A stretch of 63,987 bases of DNA, the filler included, from Pelomyxa schiedti (Eukaryota > Protista > Evosea), in the NCBI GenBank assembly GCA_020536535.1. It is 12 parts of 12 records of this genome, joined end to end, with 100 filler letters (N's around TTAATTAATTAA, not from the genome) between each part and the next. Parts side by side here need not be neighbours in the genome. Positions count along the whole stretch, not along the records: positions 10,214 to 13,208 come from JAHLWZ010001839.1; positions 13,309 to 15,232 come from JAHLWZ010002206.1; positions 15,333 to 19,496 come from JAHLWZ010001628.1; positions 19,597 to 51,334 come from JAHLWZ010000996.1; 8 more parts are not named here. The stretch is one strand, 5' to 3'. A program made the translations under genes and the position numbers. The notes under the pieces were generated by a model. It did no database searches. It was not told the DNA's origin and was given only the letters and a program-made list of their open reading frames with translations. Positions 10,878 through 22,475 of the stretch are shown in pieces; position 1 is the first letter of the stretch, and every line of letters begins with the position of its first letter.

Positions 10878-12370
10878 TCAGAGAAGAAAGCCAGAGGGGT
10901 GAGTGGTGGCCTGAGGAGAAACAGTGAATGAGAAGATGAATGATCCCGTTGCAGCATGAATCACGTTGATCACAGAATTGTGTTCTGTTCTGTGGAACAA
11001 CAGACCACACTCAGCAGTGACAACATCATGGCTGCAAATCGATACCCTCCTCAGTGGTTGTTTCCTGTTCACTCTAGCTTCCCACAGTTGGTACTCTGAT
11101 GAAAGTGACACACAAAACACGGTGTCATTCAACTGTGACACTGCTTGAAACAGGAACTCAAATCGCCTGTGAGAGCCAGTGCCTTCTTCAACAACGAACA
11201 ACTCCCGTGGTTCAAAGCACCTCTGTGTCACAACAACAAAGGTCCTCGACCCTGTCGTTTGGTTGTGAAATATCATGCCTGACTTGATGGCAACATCGTC
11301 ATCATAAATCATCCACTTTGTTTGACTCAATTGCTTTGCTGCTCGAGTCTGGAAAGTCGACTCAACATCGATCACAGTGATACAGAACAACCCAACTTGG
11401 TGGGATGTGCAGTTTGCAGTCACCATTGCAGCCTCGTCATGGTTGCTCTTGCTGAAGAAGAAACCCAACAAACGGGGATACAGCAGTGTACACACAACAG
11501 GAGGAGAAGCAGAAGAAGAACCAGACTTTCCATTTCTCTGTGAAATACAATCAGATATCCTGGAGATGTAAGCTCCTGCACTGTCTGTGTATGTAGTGTC
11601 ACAGCACACCCACCACTTGTTGTTGACATGACCAGAGGACAATACAGGAGCATCACCACGCAACACCCACAGTCCCTCACTCTTGTTGTATTTGTTGGCT
11701 GTGCTGACTCCGTTGGTTGTTGTTGTTGTTGTTGTTGTTGTTGATGGATTTGGTGGGCGCTTCAGTGTGTATTCATTTAGCATTTTATAACTAGTCAGGC
11801 GAATCATTGAGGTCTCAAGAACGTGGAATGTGTTTCCAACAACAACGCATTGTGGGAGGCTGTAGACCCGGCGCATCTCCGGGATTTGAGCTGGGCTCCA
11901 CGCCGGCCCCACGCACACAGGCCCAACCACACCGACGAGTGACCTCAACACTCTGAACGTGATCATCTGCCGAGTGTCTAGCCCGACACCCCCACGACGC
12001 CAATCGACATGGTTGTTGGCCAACGTGTGTGCGACCTCGGTCCGTCGAGGGACATCGACACTGACTTCACTGGAAGGGCAAGTGACAGGGAGCAGTCCCA
12101 TAACTGGCGGAGCAGGGACGGCTGATACGCAAAGAAGCGGGCGGGGCTGGACGCGCCGCATCGCGGGTGGGCCGCCACGGCAAAGGCAAGCAGCTGGTCC
12201 CGCGCATAAACGTGGATGTGGAATGAGATTATGGGTCCACTGTTTGTGGTAGTTGTAGTAAGGGTAGTTGCATCCGCATCCTGGTGTGATGTGTCCCGCA
12301 TCATCATTTTCCTGTTTTGATCATCTTGGACTGGAAGGATTACCAAGACCAGTTGGGGGAAAGTCACCAA
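10878..12370 (-). CDS. Lineage-specific family protein with an N-terminal ARxQxxA...RCGASSPA motif and a beta-rich C-terminal part
   Basis: A 427-aa ORF, with the motif YARDQLLAFAVAAHPRCGASSPARFF upstream in another frame (intron or frameshift). Related N-termini lie at 19.6 kb and 54.1 kb. Confidence 0.6.
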
Positions 12371-12608
12371 CTGTGAATTTGTTAGCCTTGTTGTGGAGAG
12401 GTGACTTCGCGTCCCTGTAGTACGGTTCTAATCCCTCAGGCACCATCACTTGGCTGAATAAAAAAAACACCAGACCGCCGATCCTGAGCGACGATAACGA
12501 AAAGTACAGCGTTCCGGTCTGTTGATTATTTTATAACACCATCACGTTTTTTTGCTGGCGCCAACGGGGTCTGTGACATGAACCAAATAATAAACCAAAC
12601 AAAACCAA

Positions 12609-13208
12609 ATGGGGGGCGACAAACGAGGCAGGCTCCCACAATGTTCTGAATGCGAGAGCGCCGAGCCCAGGCCAAAGCAGCCCAGGACCAACCACAACAC
12701 TGGAGAAGGAAGAAATGAAGCGGCAGTAGGGGAGACAATGGAAGACATCAAAAGGAAATCGGTTCCAATGGTTGGCACAAAGACTGAGCATTTGAAGCGC
12801 ACCTTTGCGAAGTATTTATCTATTAGATCTAATTTCTTTCCACAGAGTCCCTCAGAACAGCTTAAGACATTTGACTCTGTTGGCTTCACTGTGCTGGATC
12901 TGCCTATTATCGTTTTATCACACATAATTTGGTATTTACCAAAAGAGTCTGTTCTTGCTGCCCGGTCAGTTTGTGCTTTCTTTTGGCATGCTGTTCAGAG
13001 TGGTGAGTTAGAATTACCTAGCATGATTTTTCACCAAGCAACTGCACAGTTTACTGCTGTGACTGTACTTTCTCCACCTGTGCTCTGCGTGACTGTGTAT
13101 TCTGGGGATTGAATGGGCCGGACACTATTGTAACACCATGCTTGGACTTGCAAGTCACTGTCAAATTGGAGAAAGATACAAGTGGGCTCAGTGTCTTCTT
13201 GACCATTC
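12609..13208 (+). CDS. F-box protein, 3' truncated
   Basis: VLDLPIIVLSHIIWYLPKESVLAARSVCAFFWHAV fits the F-box consensus. Confidence 0.7.
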
Positions 13209-13331
13209 NNNNNNNNNNNNNNNNNNNNNNNNNNNNNNNNNNNNNNNNNNNNTTAATTAATTAANNNNNNNNNNNNNNNNNNNNNNNNNNNNNNNNNNNN
13301 NNNNNNNNTCTCCCTTCCAACTCCAAACACA

Positions 13332-14232
13332 GGATGACACTTACACTGAAAGTTACATTAGTACCATTGGTGTTGATTTTGTATGTAAGTTCATTTGGTT
13401 GTTTCTTTAAATGTGAATAGAAAATTCGCACAATCGAGCTTGATTCCAAAACAATCAAACTGCAAATAGTATGAACCCCCTTTCCTGTTTCTTTTTTCTA
13501 ATTTGACACAGTGGGATACAGCCGGCCAAGAAAGGTTTCGTTTTTCTCCAAAAAAAAAGGAATAAATGCCAACCAACAATAGGTTCAGGACTATAACTAG
13601 CTCTTGTATTCCCCTTTGTGATTTCTCTTTGTGGTTCTTACCCTTCTTCCCCCAGACTACCGCGGAGCCCACGGAATCATCATTGTTTAGTATGTACTTA
13701 ATGCTACTTGTTACTTTCCTCATTATTACAGTGACATTACAGATGCAGTCTCCTTCAACAACGTTCGACAGTGGTTGCAAGAGATTGAACGTTATGCATG
13801 TGAGAATGTGAATAAACTCATGGTCGGGAATAAGGTAGCACCGCATTGTCAAAACCCCTCCGCTAAGATAATGTAGAGTGATCTGACAACCAAACGAGCA
13901 GTCGAATTCAATACCGCCAAGGAATTTGCCGATGGGCTCGGAATTACCTTCCTGTAAGCAATTCCATTTTCCGCTTTCCACCCAAACACAAACGCACTTT
14001 CACCTTAAACAACCACAACAACGATTTAATGAAATCAATCGATCACACCGATCAACTGATACACAGGGAGACCTCAGCCAAGAACTCTACCAACGTAGAG
14101 CAAGCGTTCCTCAAGATGGCTGCCGAAATCAAGAACCGGATTGGCAGTGCCAACCCAACAACACAAAGCAAGCCCGTTGTGGTCCGACGCGAGGCCAAGC
14201 CTGTCGACAACAAGAAGGGCTGTTGCAGTTAA
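13332..14232 (+). CDS. RAB1: Rab1/Ypt1 GTPase, 5' truncated, several short introns
   Basis: Spliced peptide [60 protein letters not shown]...[11 protein letters not shown]...[22 protein letters not shown]...KGCCS*. Confidence 0.97.
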
Positions 14233-15667
14233 TATCCCCCAATATCACCATCCTCATCGATCACCCCCTCATTCTCAAGCCAAACGTGATTCAAAATACT
14301 TTCGGTATTTACCTGCGTTTCTTCTAGGAGCATAGGTTAAATATCACGATTGTGACTAGTGAAAACTGTCCCTTTCAGGAGGTAAATTTGAAGAACTTGT
14401 CATCAAGCCTTCAACCAACACACTAAAAGAGAAGAAAGGAACTAAAAGCCAATGAAGAGGAATAAGTTTGTTTTTTTTCGCTTTATCTCGACATCGTGCC
14501 TTGAAGAAAGGGACTCTACTATGGGCCCAACGTGGCAGAGACGGCTTGGGGTGGGGCCAACCGGGGAGACCGCACCAACCAACACTTTCACGTAGTGACT
14601 ACGCTGCCCCCCCCGCACCGCAATTATGGGGTCTGGAGGGTGCGGGGAGGACACAGCGCCCTGCTGTGGGCAGGTGAGGCCACACGTTCAAATTGCTGGA
14701 ATTATAGGGGCGACGCCCGGCCGGCTCCCCCAAACGTCAGTGCACACGCCGGCCCACGAGTCCGCACATAGGCAGCAACAGATCTGCAAGCACGCCATGA
14801 TGCAGCCACCATAACCAAGTCAGTCCACTGTGTATTAACATTAGTCGTAATAAAAAAAAACTAACAACAATACCTACGAAGATGAAGATGACTGATGCAC
14901 GTTGTGTGTCGTAGTTTATTGGTCGCGAGTGAAAACAAACTAATGAAAAAGTAAAAACGCACAGTTGGTCGTCGGTATAATATAAGAGAATAACGTGGTA
15001 CCGTGAACGCCGTCACTTGTGTCGTAGCTCTTGTTGTTGTTTGTTGTTGTGTTTTTTTTTATAAAATGGCGGAGAGATCATTTAAAAGGCGGGGAAATGA
15101 AGGGAAAAAATTATGGAAGCTTAAAATTATGGAAGCTTCCCAGGTGGGAATCTTACACTGAATTGCGCAGTTGCTGAACATAGATCTTCAGCCCCGGAGA
15201 ATCAATGCCCAGAGATGGCTGCTTAGAGCCATNNNNNNNNNNNNNNNNNNNNNNNNNNNNNNNNNNNNNNNNNNNNTTAATTAATTAANNNNNNNNNNNN
15301 NNNNNNNNNNNNNNNNNNNNNNNNNNNNNNNNGTTTTCTGTTGTGTTGGTGTTCTTTGATCAACCAGGTGGAAAAGGTATCGAAGCTTCGCCTGGAACGT
15401 TGGAAAACCCAAAACGGGTTAATAAAGGAAAAAGATATAGTGAGGGGGGTCCGCTCAGGATCGGCGGTCTGGTGTTTTTCCTATTCAGCCATTTGGTTCC
15501 CTCGTCATCATTCATTCATTCATGGGAAAAGGAAAAAGCACATGACTAAGTGGGTCAGTCACCCTTTTTATTTCATTGTATAGAGTGTTTGCATTTAGTG
15601 TGTAAGGAATGCATGGTTCACCTGTTGTGGTGGTTGGTAGCTGATGGTCTGCTATGGCTTTATCATG

Positions 15668-15938
15668 GAAACAGAGGCTGCCATCCTCAAACTCTAAGCC
15701 AAATTGGTGGTGCAAGCAGAAAGTGACCACTACACATCTTTGACTTCAAGTAGCGACTACTGAGTGGAAAGCTGCTGAGGCAAGCACTTTATCTTGATAG
15801 TATTTGCCTCATACTTAGCCTTGCCTCAGCAGTTTTCTGCTTGGTAGTTGCTACTTGAAGTTGAAGACATGTAGTGGTCACTTTTTGTTTGGTTGCTGCC
15901 AGTTTGGCTCATAGTTCGAGGATGGCAGCCTCTGTTTC
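15668..15938. repeat. Inverted repeat with ~117-bp arms and a 35-bp spacer
   Basis: 15668-15784 matches the reverse complement of 15820-15938. Most mismatches are TG/CA swaps. Confidence 0.9.
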
Positions 15939-15942
15939 ATTT

Positions 15943-16050
15943 GTCACCAAGACTGCAATGAGGATCAGGGATGTAATTTCCAAGAAGATAACTGATAGTG
16001 AACCTCTTCTTGGAAATTACACCCCTGATCCTCATTGCAGTCTTGGTCAC
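15943..16050. repeat. Inverted repeat with ~45-bp arms and an 18-bp spacer
   Basis: gtcaccaagactgcaatgaggatcagggatgtaatttccaagaag versus its reverse complement at 16006-16050, with 2 mismatches. Confidence 0.92.
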
Positions 16051-16082
16051 TGTTAGTAGTTCTTCGGCAAAGAAGGAAAGAG

Positions 16083-16181
16083 AAAATTCAAACTATGAAG
16101 GAGCTTCTTAATCATGTGGATTCAAACCTCTTGATTCAGAGAATCCACATGATTAAGAAGCTCCTTCATAGTTTGGATTTT
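16083..16181. repeat. Inverted repeat with ~41-bp arms and a 17-bp spacer
   Basis: aaaattcaaactatgaaggagcttcttaatcatgtggattc versus gaatccacatgattaagaagctccttcatagtttggatttt, with 1 mismatch. Confidence 0.92.
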
Positions 16182-16199
16182 ATTCAAGGGCTGTTCTTC

Positions 16200-19100
16200 A
16201 TTGTGGGGGTAAGCCCACACAACTGGGCATTTATTAAATTTACTTCTTGGGAACAGAATAAAGGGGGGTTGGGTTTTGAGTGGTCTGTTATGGGTGGAGT
16301 CTGCTGTGATTGGTTTCTGCTATGATTGGTGGGTGTTGTGCCTGGTACTTTGTCTGGAGATCTCTATTTTATTGTAATCATCTTTAAACCTGTGTGAAGC
16401 CTTTAGGGTGGATTGTATTCAAATCTTGGGTGAATGATGGTGGTTGTTTGGATTATGGCCTGGGTTGGTAAACCCAGTGCCCTGCAGACTTCCACACACA
16501 CTAATTCCAGTGGGAGTGTTGAGGTGTGGAAATTAGAGCCCTACAATGGTTTTGGCTGCAGATTTGGCTGAGTCTGGAGTTGGGAATGTTGAGGGTCTTC
16601 ATGGGGTTAAGTTTCAGTTTGTGCTGGAGTTCTGAATTATATTGGCACCTGTTTAGGATGTGCTTTACTTACAGCCTCTGGTGAATCACATCCAAGTCAA
16701 AGCGACTTTGCATGACACAACCCTGATCTGGGAGATAGAAACTCTGAATCAGCATCTCCCATGCCACTATCTTCTCCCACAGACATTTATAGGAAAGCAC
16801 CCAATTAAGCCTTTGCACCATCTTGGATGAGAGGATTAGAGACTTTGCATCTTTGATGAGAGGATTATGCATATCTAGCAGGGATGTTGCCAGGCCTCCT
16901 TGTTTCTTGAGGGCCATCAAGTGTTCCAGTGATGTGCAGTTGGATGGAGTTACTAAGTGGAAAATTTTGGTCATGTATGGATGCCAGACTTGACTTGGAG
17001 AGAAAATTTCAAAACGGCATTGGTATTGAAGGATTGAGTGGATGTAAATGTTGGTGGCTACTATTTTCCTTTGTAGGCCAAGGACTTTGGGTATAATGTC
17101 TTGAGCCCTTCTCTGGGCCTTGTTGATCAACTGTCTGTACTGGCCACGCAGTTGATGTTCTATCTTTGGCCTTGGGGGGTGGGCTGCCAGGACTTCTGTC
17201 TTGAAGTTCAGATTCTTCCAAATAGTGCAAATGTCATCAAAATTTTAGTGCATATGCTGATACCTTTGGTTCAGTCATGGAGTGTCATGAGAAGAGTGTC
17301 TATCACGATGTTGAAAAGGAGTGGAGAGAGGGGGCATCCTTGCCAGACCCCTCTACCTAGTGGGAAGTGTATCCCTGAGGGTAGGTATGCTTCAGTGTTC
17401 TGCATTAGATGTGCAATTATGGTGGTCCATGTTTGGGGCATTCCTATATGCTCCAAAATGTGAATAATGGTGTTCTGATCAAGGTTGTCATAATAGGCCT
17501 TGGAGAAATCAGTGAAGAGGAGTTGTGCTGGAACTTTGTAGTGCTTAAGAACATAGTTATTTGATACTGCCATGATATTATCATCAATGAGTCTTCCTTC
17601 AAAGAACCCATTCTGTGTTAGGTGGGGAGATGGGCTGGACTTGTCGATTTGGGTGGTCTCTTCCACTTTGGGAAATGCAAAGAAAAGGGAAAAAGTGACA
17701 ATGACAACCAAACAAACAAGAAATATGGTAACAGCCTCAGTAAGAATATACATCAGCAATAACATACCTGTTTGGGTATCACTGTTGTCTCTGCATGCAC
17801 ATTGGTGTCATTCTTTCCCTTCAAACAAGGTGTTAGTGCTCAATATCTTTCTGTTTCTTCACATACCGATTTCAATGGTTCATTCACAGAGTATACCTTG
17901 TCATACTTTGGCTGGGGATCCATATTTGGATGGCAACACTCTTGCATGAACAAGTGAGTGAATGGGGGCTTATTGCATACTTTGTTCATGCCAACTCAAT
18001 AGCACATACCCTTGTGGAGGGCCGGTGCCTGCTCAGAAACAAGGCATTCAGTCCTTGTAGAGGAAAACCTGTTTTCAATTTACAATCAAAAACAAAAGAA
18101 AAGAACAAATGCTTGTACCCAAATGCAAAGGATCCTTTGCTTGGGATCCACAGCTGAATAATCCATTTGCTATCAAGATATGCAGGGTGTAAGAACATTA
18201 AAAAAATAAAAGAAGACAGTACAACTTGGACAGCACCTGAGGGCCAAGTTGGCAGCCCCTTCTGTGGCAATGAAAAAGGAGATGGACAATTGTAAATTTT
18301 TCTGTCCAATGGTACTCTCACTTCCATCAGAGGTGGAGTGTGAACTGTCTATGGGGTTGCCAGTGCCAATCACTTGGTATCAGTGAATCATCACTGTTGT
18401 TGCTTTTTTCCTTTCTTCTCCTCACTTGAATCTTTTTTGCCTTCCCGTTCACTTTCGCTCTCTATTATCTCATCTTTCTCTCCATCACTTACTTCTTTAT
18501 CACTTCCCAGTCTCTTGTTGGTTTCCCTTTGCTTCCTCTCTGTCACTGTTACTGTGCTGGCTCCTTTCACTGTCACTGCCACCACCACTTAATTTTCCTC
18601 ATCTTCTCTGTCTTCTTTTTCACTGTTTGATAATTGGTCTGAGTCCTGGTCCCTTTCTTCCTGATTGTTGTTGACTTGCCTGGAATTCTTATGCTGAAGT
18701 TGTTGGTGGCTTCCATCCCCACTGACATATCTGGGGGATGTGCTTCCACTCCCTTCACTTTTGTCACTTTCCACAATTTCTTGGTGCTCTTGGAACAATG
18801 AGTGAATATATTCAAGAAAATACAAAGAACAACCTGAAATGTGTTTGGCAGCCAGAGTGGAATGATGGAATTTTCCAGACTGTTTAGGATTTGGTAGGAA
18901 TGGTGCTGGGAATGTCCCAGAAGTTCTTTGGGAGCTTGATAACCCCTTACTTCTGGGTGTGGATGAAGGGGATGCTATAATATGTTTCCCTTCTTTGAAA
19001 GGTGCAAAGGAAGAAGTGGAATCAAGCTGCTCATGTGATTTTGTATTCGTTTGTCCAGGTTTTCAACCAAAGAGGAACAGGTTGAGTCACCTTCTTCATG

Positions 19101-19400
19101 GCTTGCTGCCATGTGTGACAAAAGAGACTTAGAGGTTGCCCCAAGACTCATTGCTAGATGCCTTGTGCTCAATTGATATTGCCCAAATAAGGAAGTAACC
19201 CCTGTTGTACCCTTGAGAGAGGAATTGAGGCCACTTGGTTTCCCTGATTTTTATGAGTCACTTAATGGTGCAAAGTTTCCTTTACCATGGGATATGGGGT
19301 ATGTTTTAACAGTAATGGGTGCTGGGGTGCAAGTCTCTCCTGTTAACTCAAGGTACTTTTCTTGATGCACTTGTTGGGGTAAATTAAAAGGAGAAAATAT
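16200..19400 (-). mobile_element. Degenerate non-LTR retrotransposon (L1/Tx1-like): probable ORF1 and endonuclease remnants, RT and a C-terminal Cys/His motif
   Basis: RT motifs QNGFFEGRLIDDNI, LLFTDFSKAYYD and GRGVWQGCPLSPLLFNIVIDTLL, then a broken xxDD motif (FDDI). Post-RT ALKKQGGLAT and KHILNRC. Many stops and frameshifts. The ORF1 and endonuclease assignment is positional and the ends are approximate. Confidence 0.88.
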
Positions 19401-19596
19401 TGTAGATATACACATGTTTAAAGTAACAAACAGTTCTTTTTGTGTCCCACAGAAGGTGCAAATTGAGAATCGTCAGTGTTGCCTTTGCCTGGGTTGNNNN
19501 NNNNNNNNNNNNNNNNNNNNNNNNNNNNNNNNNNNNNNNNTTAATTAATTAANNNNNNNNNNNNNNNNNNNNNNNNNNNNNNNNNNNNNNNNNNNN

Positions 19597-19800
19597 GGTC
19601 GACGGTGACTTGGTGCGATGGGCGCACGACCCAGCGGCGTCCGATTTGTGCCAAACACTCGGGAGGGAGGTGCCTCGCCGGCGAGGAGGCCCCGCACCGT
19701 CCCACAATCGCCCCCGCCCCGAGCGCAACAAATTGGCTACGGGCGTCGATGCGGATTATGCTGTGGAGGGGCCCGCTGGACATGTCTTGTCTGATTCCGA
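19597..19800 (-). CDS. N-terminus of an RCGASSPA-family protein, truncated
   Basis: IDARSQFVALGAGAIVGRCGASSPARHLPPECLAQIGRRWVV runs into the linker. Confidence 0.65.
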
Positions 19801-20129
19801 TTCCAAACGAGTGGTGTTGCACGATTATGAATGCGGTGATGGCTTTTGATTTGGGTATCTTGGCCTTCCATGAAAGGCGAACGACGACACAAGACTTGGG
19901 TTTGACTTGAAGTTCTAAATTCTTCGTTGAATACATCAAATTTTGATTGGGTCCTGCGAAGTGCTCTCACTGAGGGATGAAGTGTGTAATGTACACTGCA
20001 GGACTACGATAAGGAATTCTCTTAATTCTCGTTATCGTCTGTTACTGATGAGTGCCTAGGATAGCCCTCCCCCGTCGATACCAGATTGAGTGATCAAAAC
20101 CATAACGTCCAAGTACACAGAGAGGCACA

Positions 20130-21269
20130 ATGGATTTTGACGAAGTTGACGAGAAGGACCGTGAGGGGCAGGAAGTGTTGGCCGAATTGGCACGACTCGT
20201 GGAGGAAACAAAAGCGAACGCCAAAAACGCGAAGGCGAAGGCACACAAGTTGGATGAAATCAGGTCACGCCTCAAACGTGGAAAAGAAGGTCGGTCCCAA
20301 CGAACCCTCCTCTCCCCTCCCCCCTGGGTTTCTTCTTTGCCTCGTTTTCTCTTCTTTTTACATGCAAAAGCAAAAAACGAATTGCTCACGTTAATGGTTC
20401 TAACACACGTGCATGCAGTTGTGCGCGATTTCAAGGTTGAATTGCGAGTTATTGGTGCGCAGTCGCAGAGCGAGTACAAGAAGGTTTGTTACAAGTGGCG
20501 GTACCACCACTTTTTCATTGGAACTTTGCGGGAAACCTCATTGCATCCTAGAAAATCACTGACTTAGAAGCAGAGCTCAACAGGTACACTGCCGAACTTC
20601 AGTTCCTGGAAAAAGATGACCTTACTGATGGCGGTACAACACCTTCCCCTGGCAAACTGTTATTTTTTTTTTTTTTGTTTACACCCTAAATAGCTGCGTC
20701 GGCTCCTGTGACCCCAACTGCTGTTCTTAGCACAGCGGAGGCGATTCAGAAAGAGGACTTGGGAATTGTTCACGACCTGGATGCCAAGCTCAATAACACA
20801 ACCGATGTACGGTGTTATCATTCCCTCTTTTGGGTGTCCTAATTTGCTTCCAGACTGCTGTCAACACACTTGTAAAGATGAACGGCCAGACCGGTCAACT
20901 GGATGACACCATAGTCTTGACTAACCAGGTGACTTATTGTTGACCAAAGCACAGCACTAACATCGTGAAAAGATGCAAGACCAGATGAAGCTGGCCAGAG
21001 CCCAACTGCGTCAGTTCACTCGCAGGATGATGACAGACAAACTCATCCTCGTTTTTATTGGTCTTGTGTGTCTTCTTGCTCTCTCTTCTCCGGCACTTTT
21101 GTTGTTCGTTTCACCCCCAACCTCTCTCCAACAGATATTTTGTGGAATTGTGGTTGCAGTTGCTTATGCCATTGCCAAGCCCAAGCTGGATGACATTGAC
21201 TGGACCAACTTCATTCCTGATATTTTTGGCAGTGATGGCAATTCCACCTCGTCGTCCTCCACTCCTTGA
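20130..21269 (+). CDS. Qb-SNARE, NPSN/Vti1-like, copy A
   Basis: Helical N-terminal domain, SNARE coil ending LARAQLRQFTRRMMTDKLILVFI (NPSN-like TDK), then a TM helix and short luminal tail. Multi-exon. Confidence 0.8.
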
Positions 21270-21891
21270 TCGAGCTGAATAATCATCAATGTAATTTATC
21301 CACGTTTTGTAAATAAAGTCTTTTGTTAGTATCTTGGCCTTCCATCTTTCCTCCATATCAAAACCCAAGACAAATGGTAGACAATGAAAATGTTTAATCA
21401 CTTACACTGTCCAGTACAAGTCGTGGCAGGACCGATTAGTTGCCTGGCTGTACGTACCTTCTCAAGAGTACATTTTTTTCTCACGTAATTAAGCTGAGAC
21501 CCCTTTGCTTTTTTTCTTCACAACCTATGCTCTGTGATGCTTTTTTCACTCAAGACAAAGCACAGCTTCTTGAGGAGTTTTCACGTTTCACGTTCACAGA
21601 TAACAAGAGCACCATTTTGTACAAAAAAGTCAATGGCAACTTGCCGTTCTCCCATGCTTCGAAATACAAAGGTTGCCTCATGGTGTTCCTCGTTTATTGC
21701 CTTGCTGTGCGGCTGTTGTAGAAGTCAATTGACGATACTCAATGAGCAAAACTTACAGGAAGCTCTGTGGAGTAGATAGCGTGATTCCCCCAGGACTCAC
21801 CAAAAGTTACGTAGAATCCCGGATCATGTGAGTTCAGTGATATTTTTGCACCATTGAGTGTCCATTTATCTCTTGGCCAAGTCTGTGGGGT

Positions 21892-22428
21892 TTATTTATA
21901 GCCTATAACTGGAAATAATACACGAACCACTGGGGAGGCACTTGTCCTTGGCAGAAGAGGAACCGCTCGGTGGCACTCAAGTATCAACTTCATAATAATG
22001 TTCGCGTCTCTCATAATGAGCAGCCCAGTACCCAGCAAATCGATGTCCCCATACACTTTGTTCAGGGCAACAGCGATCCTGCACGAGTGGATGTAGTTGC
22101 CCACACAGAACTCGCTCCCGCTCCTCAGCCCCGCGATGTCCTGCCCCGTGGCGACGATCTCGCCCCCGCCCAGCGTCGCCAGCACCACGTCGCCGTTTGT
22201 GAGCACGGCGAACCCGACCACCGGCTCGCCTCTCGACGATGTGCCGATGGTGGTGGGGCTGCCGTACTGCTTCTTGCACATGACCTGCGGCCGCGCGCGC
22301 TCCTCGTCCTCCGAGTCGCGGATCACGGATGCCGACTTGCACGCGCCTGGTGGCGGCCCATAATGGCGCATCTTGGTGGACTCGCTGCAGACTCCTGCCT
22401 GTCCTGGCACTGACGGCCTCAACTTCAT
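21892..22428 (-). CDS. Hypothetical protein (~170 aa)
   Basis: Open frame with strong GC3 bias at 22100-22350. No recognised motif and the start is uncertain. Confidence 0.5.
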   Translation of the reverse strand: MKLRPSVPGQAGVCSESTKMRHYGPPPGACKSASVIRDSEDEERARPQVMCKKQYGSPTTIGTSSRGEPVVGFAVLTNGDVVLATLGGGEIVATGQDIAGLRSGSEFCVGNYIHSCRIAVALNKVYGDIDLLGTGLLIMRDANIIMKLILECHRAVPLLPRTSASPVVRVLFPVIGYK

Positions 22429-22475
22429 CGGCCGAATCTGATTTTCAAAATGTAACGAGTTTGATCTTCCATGTT

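Noticed and set aside
13332-14232. Idea that the neighbouring Rab1 is the direct donor of the permuted Rab domain
   Set aside because: It is on a different contig, its intron positions differ, and the permuted domain has TITTAYYR rather than TITSSYYR.
14400-15232. Short overlapping ORFs and a 16-bp tandem duplication (aaaattatggaagctt x2 near 15107)
   Set aside because: There is no coding signature, and the duplication is too short to interpret.
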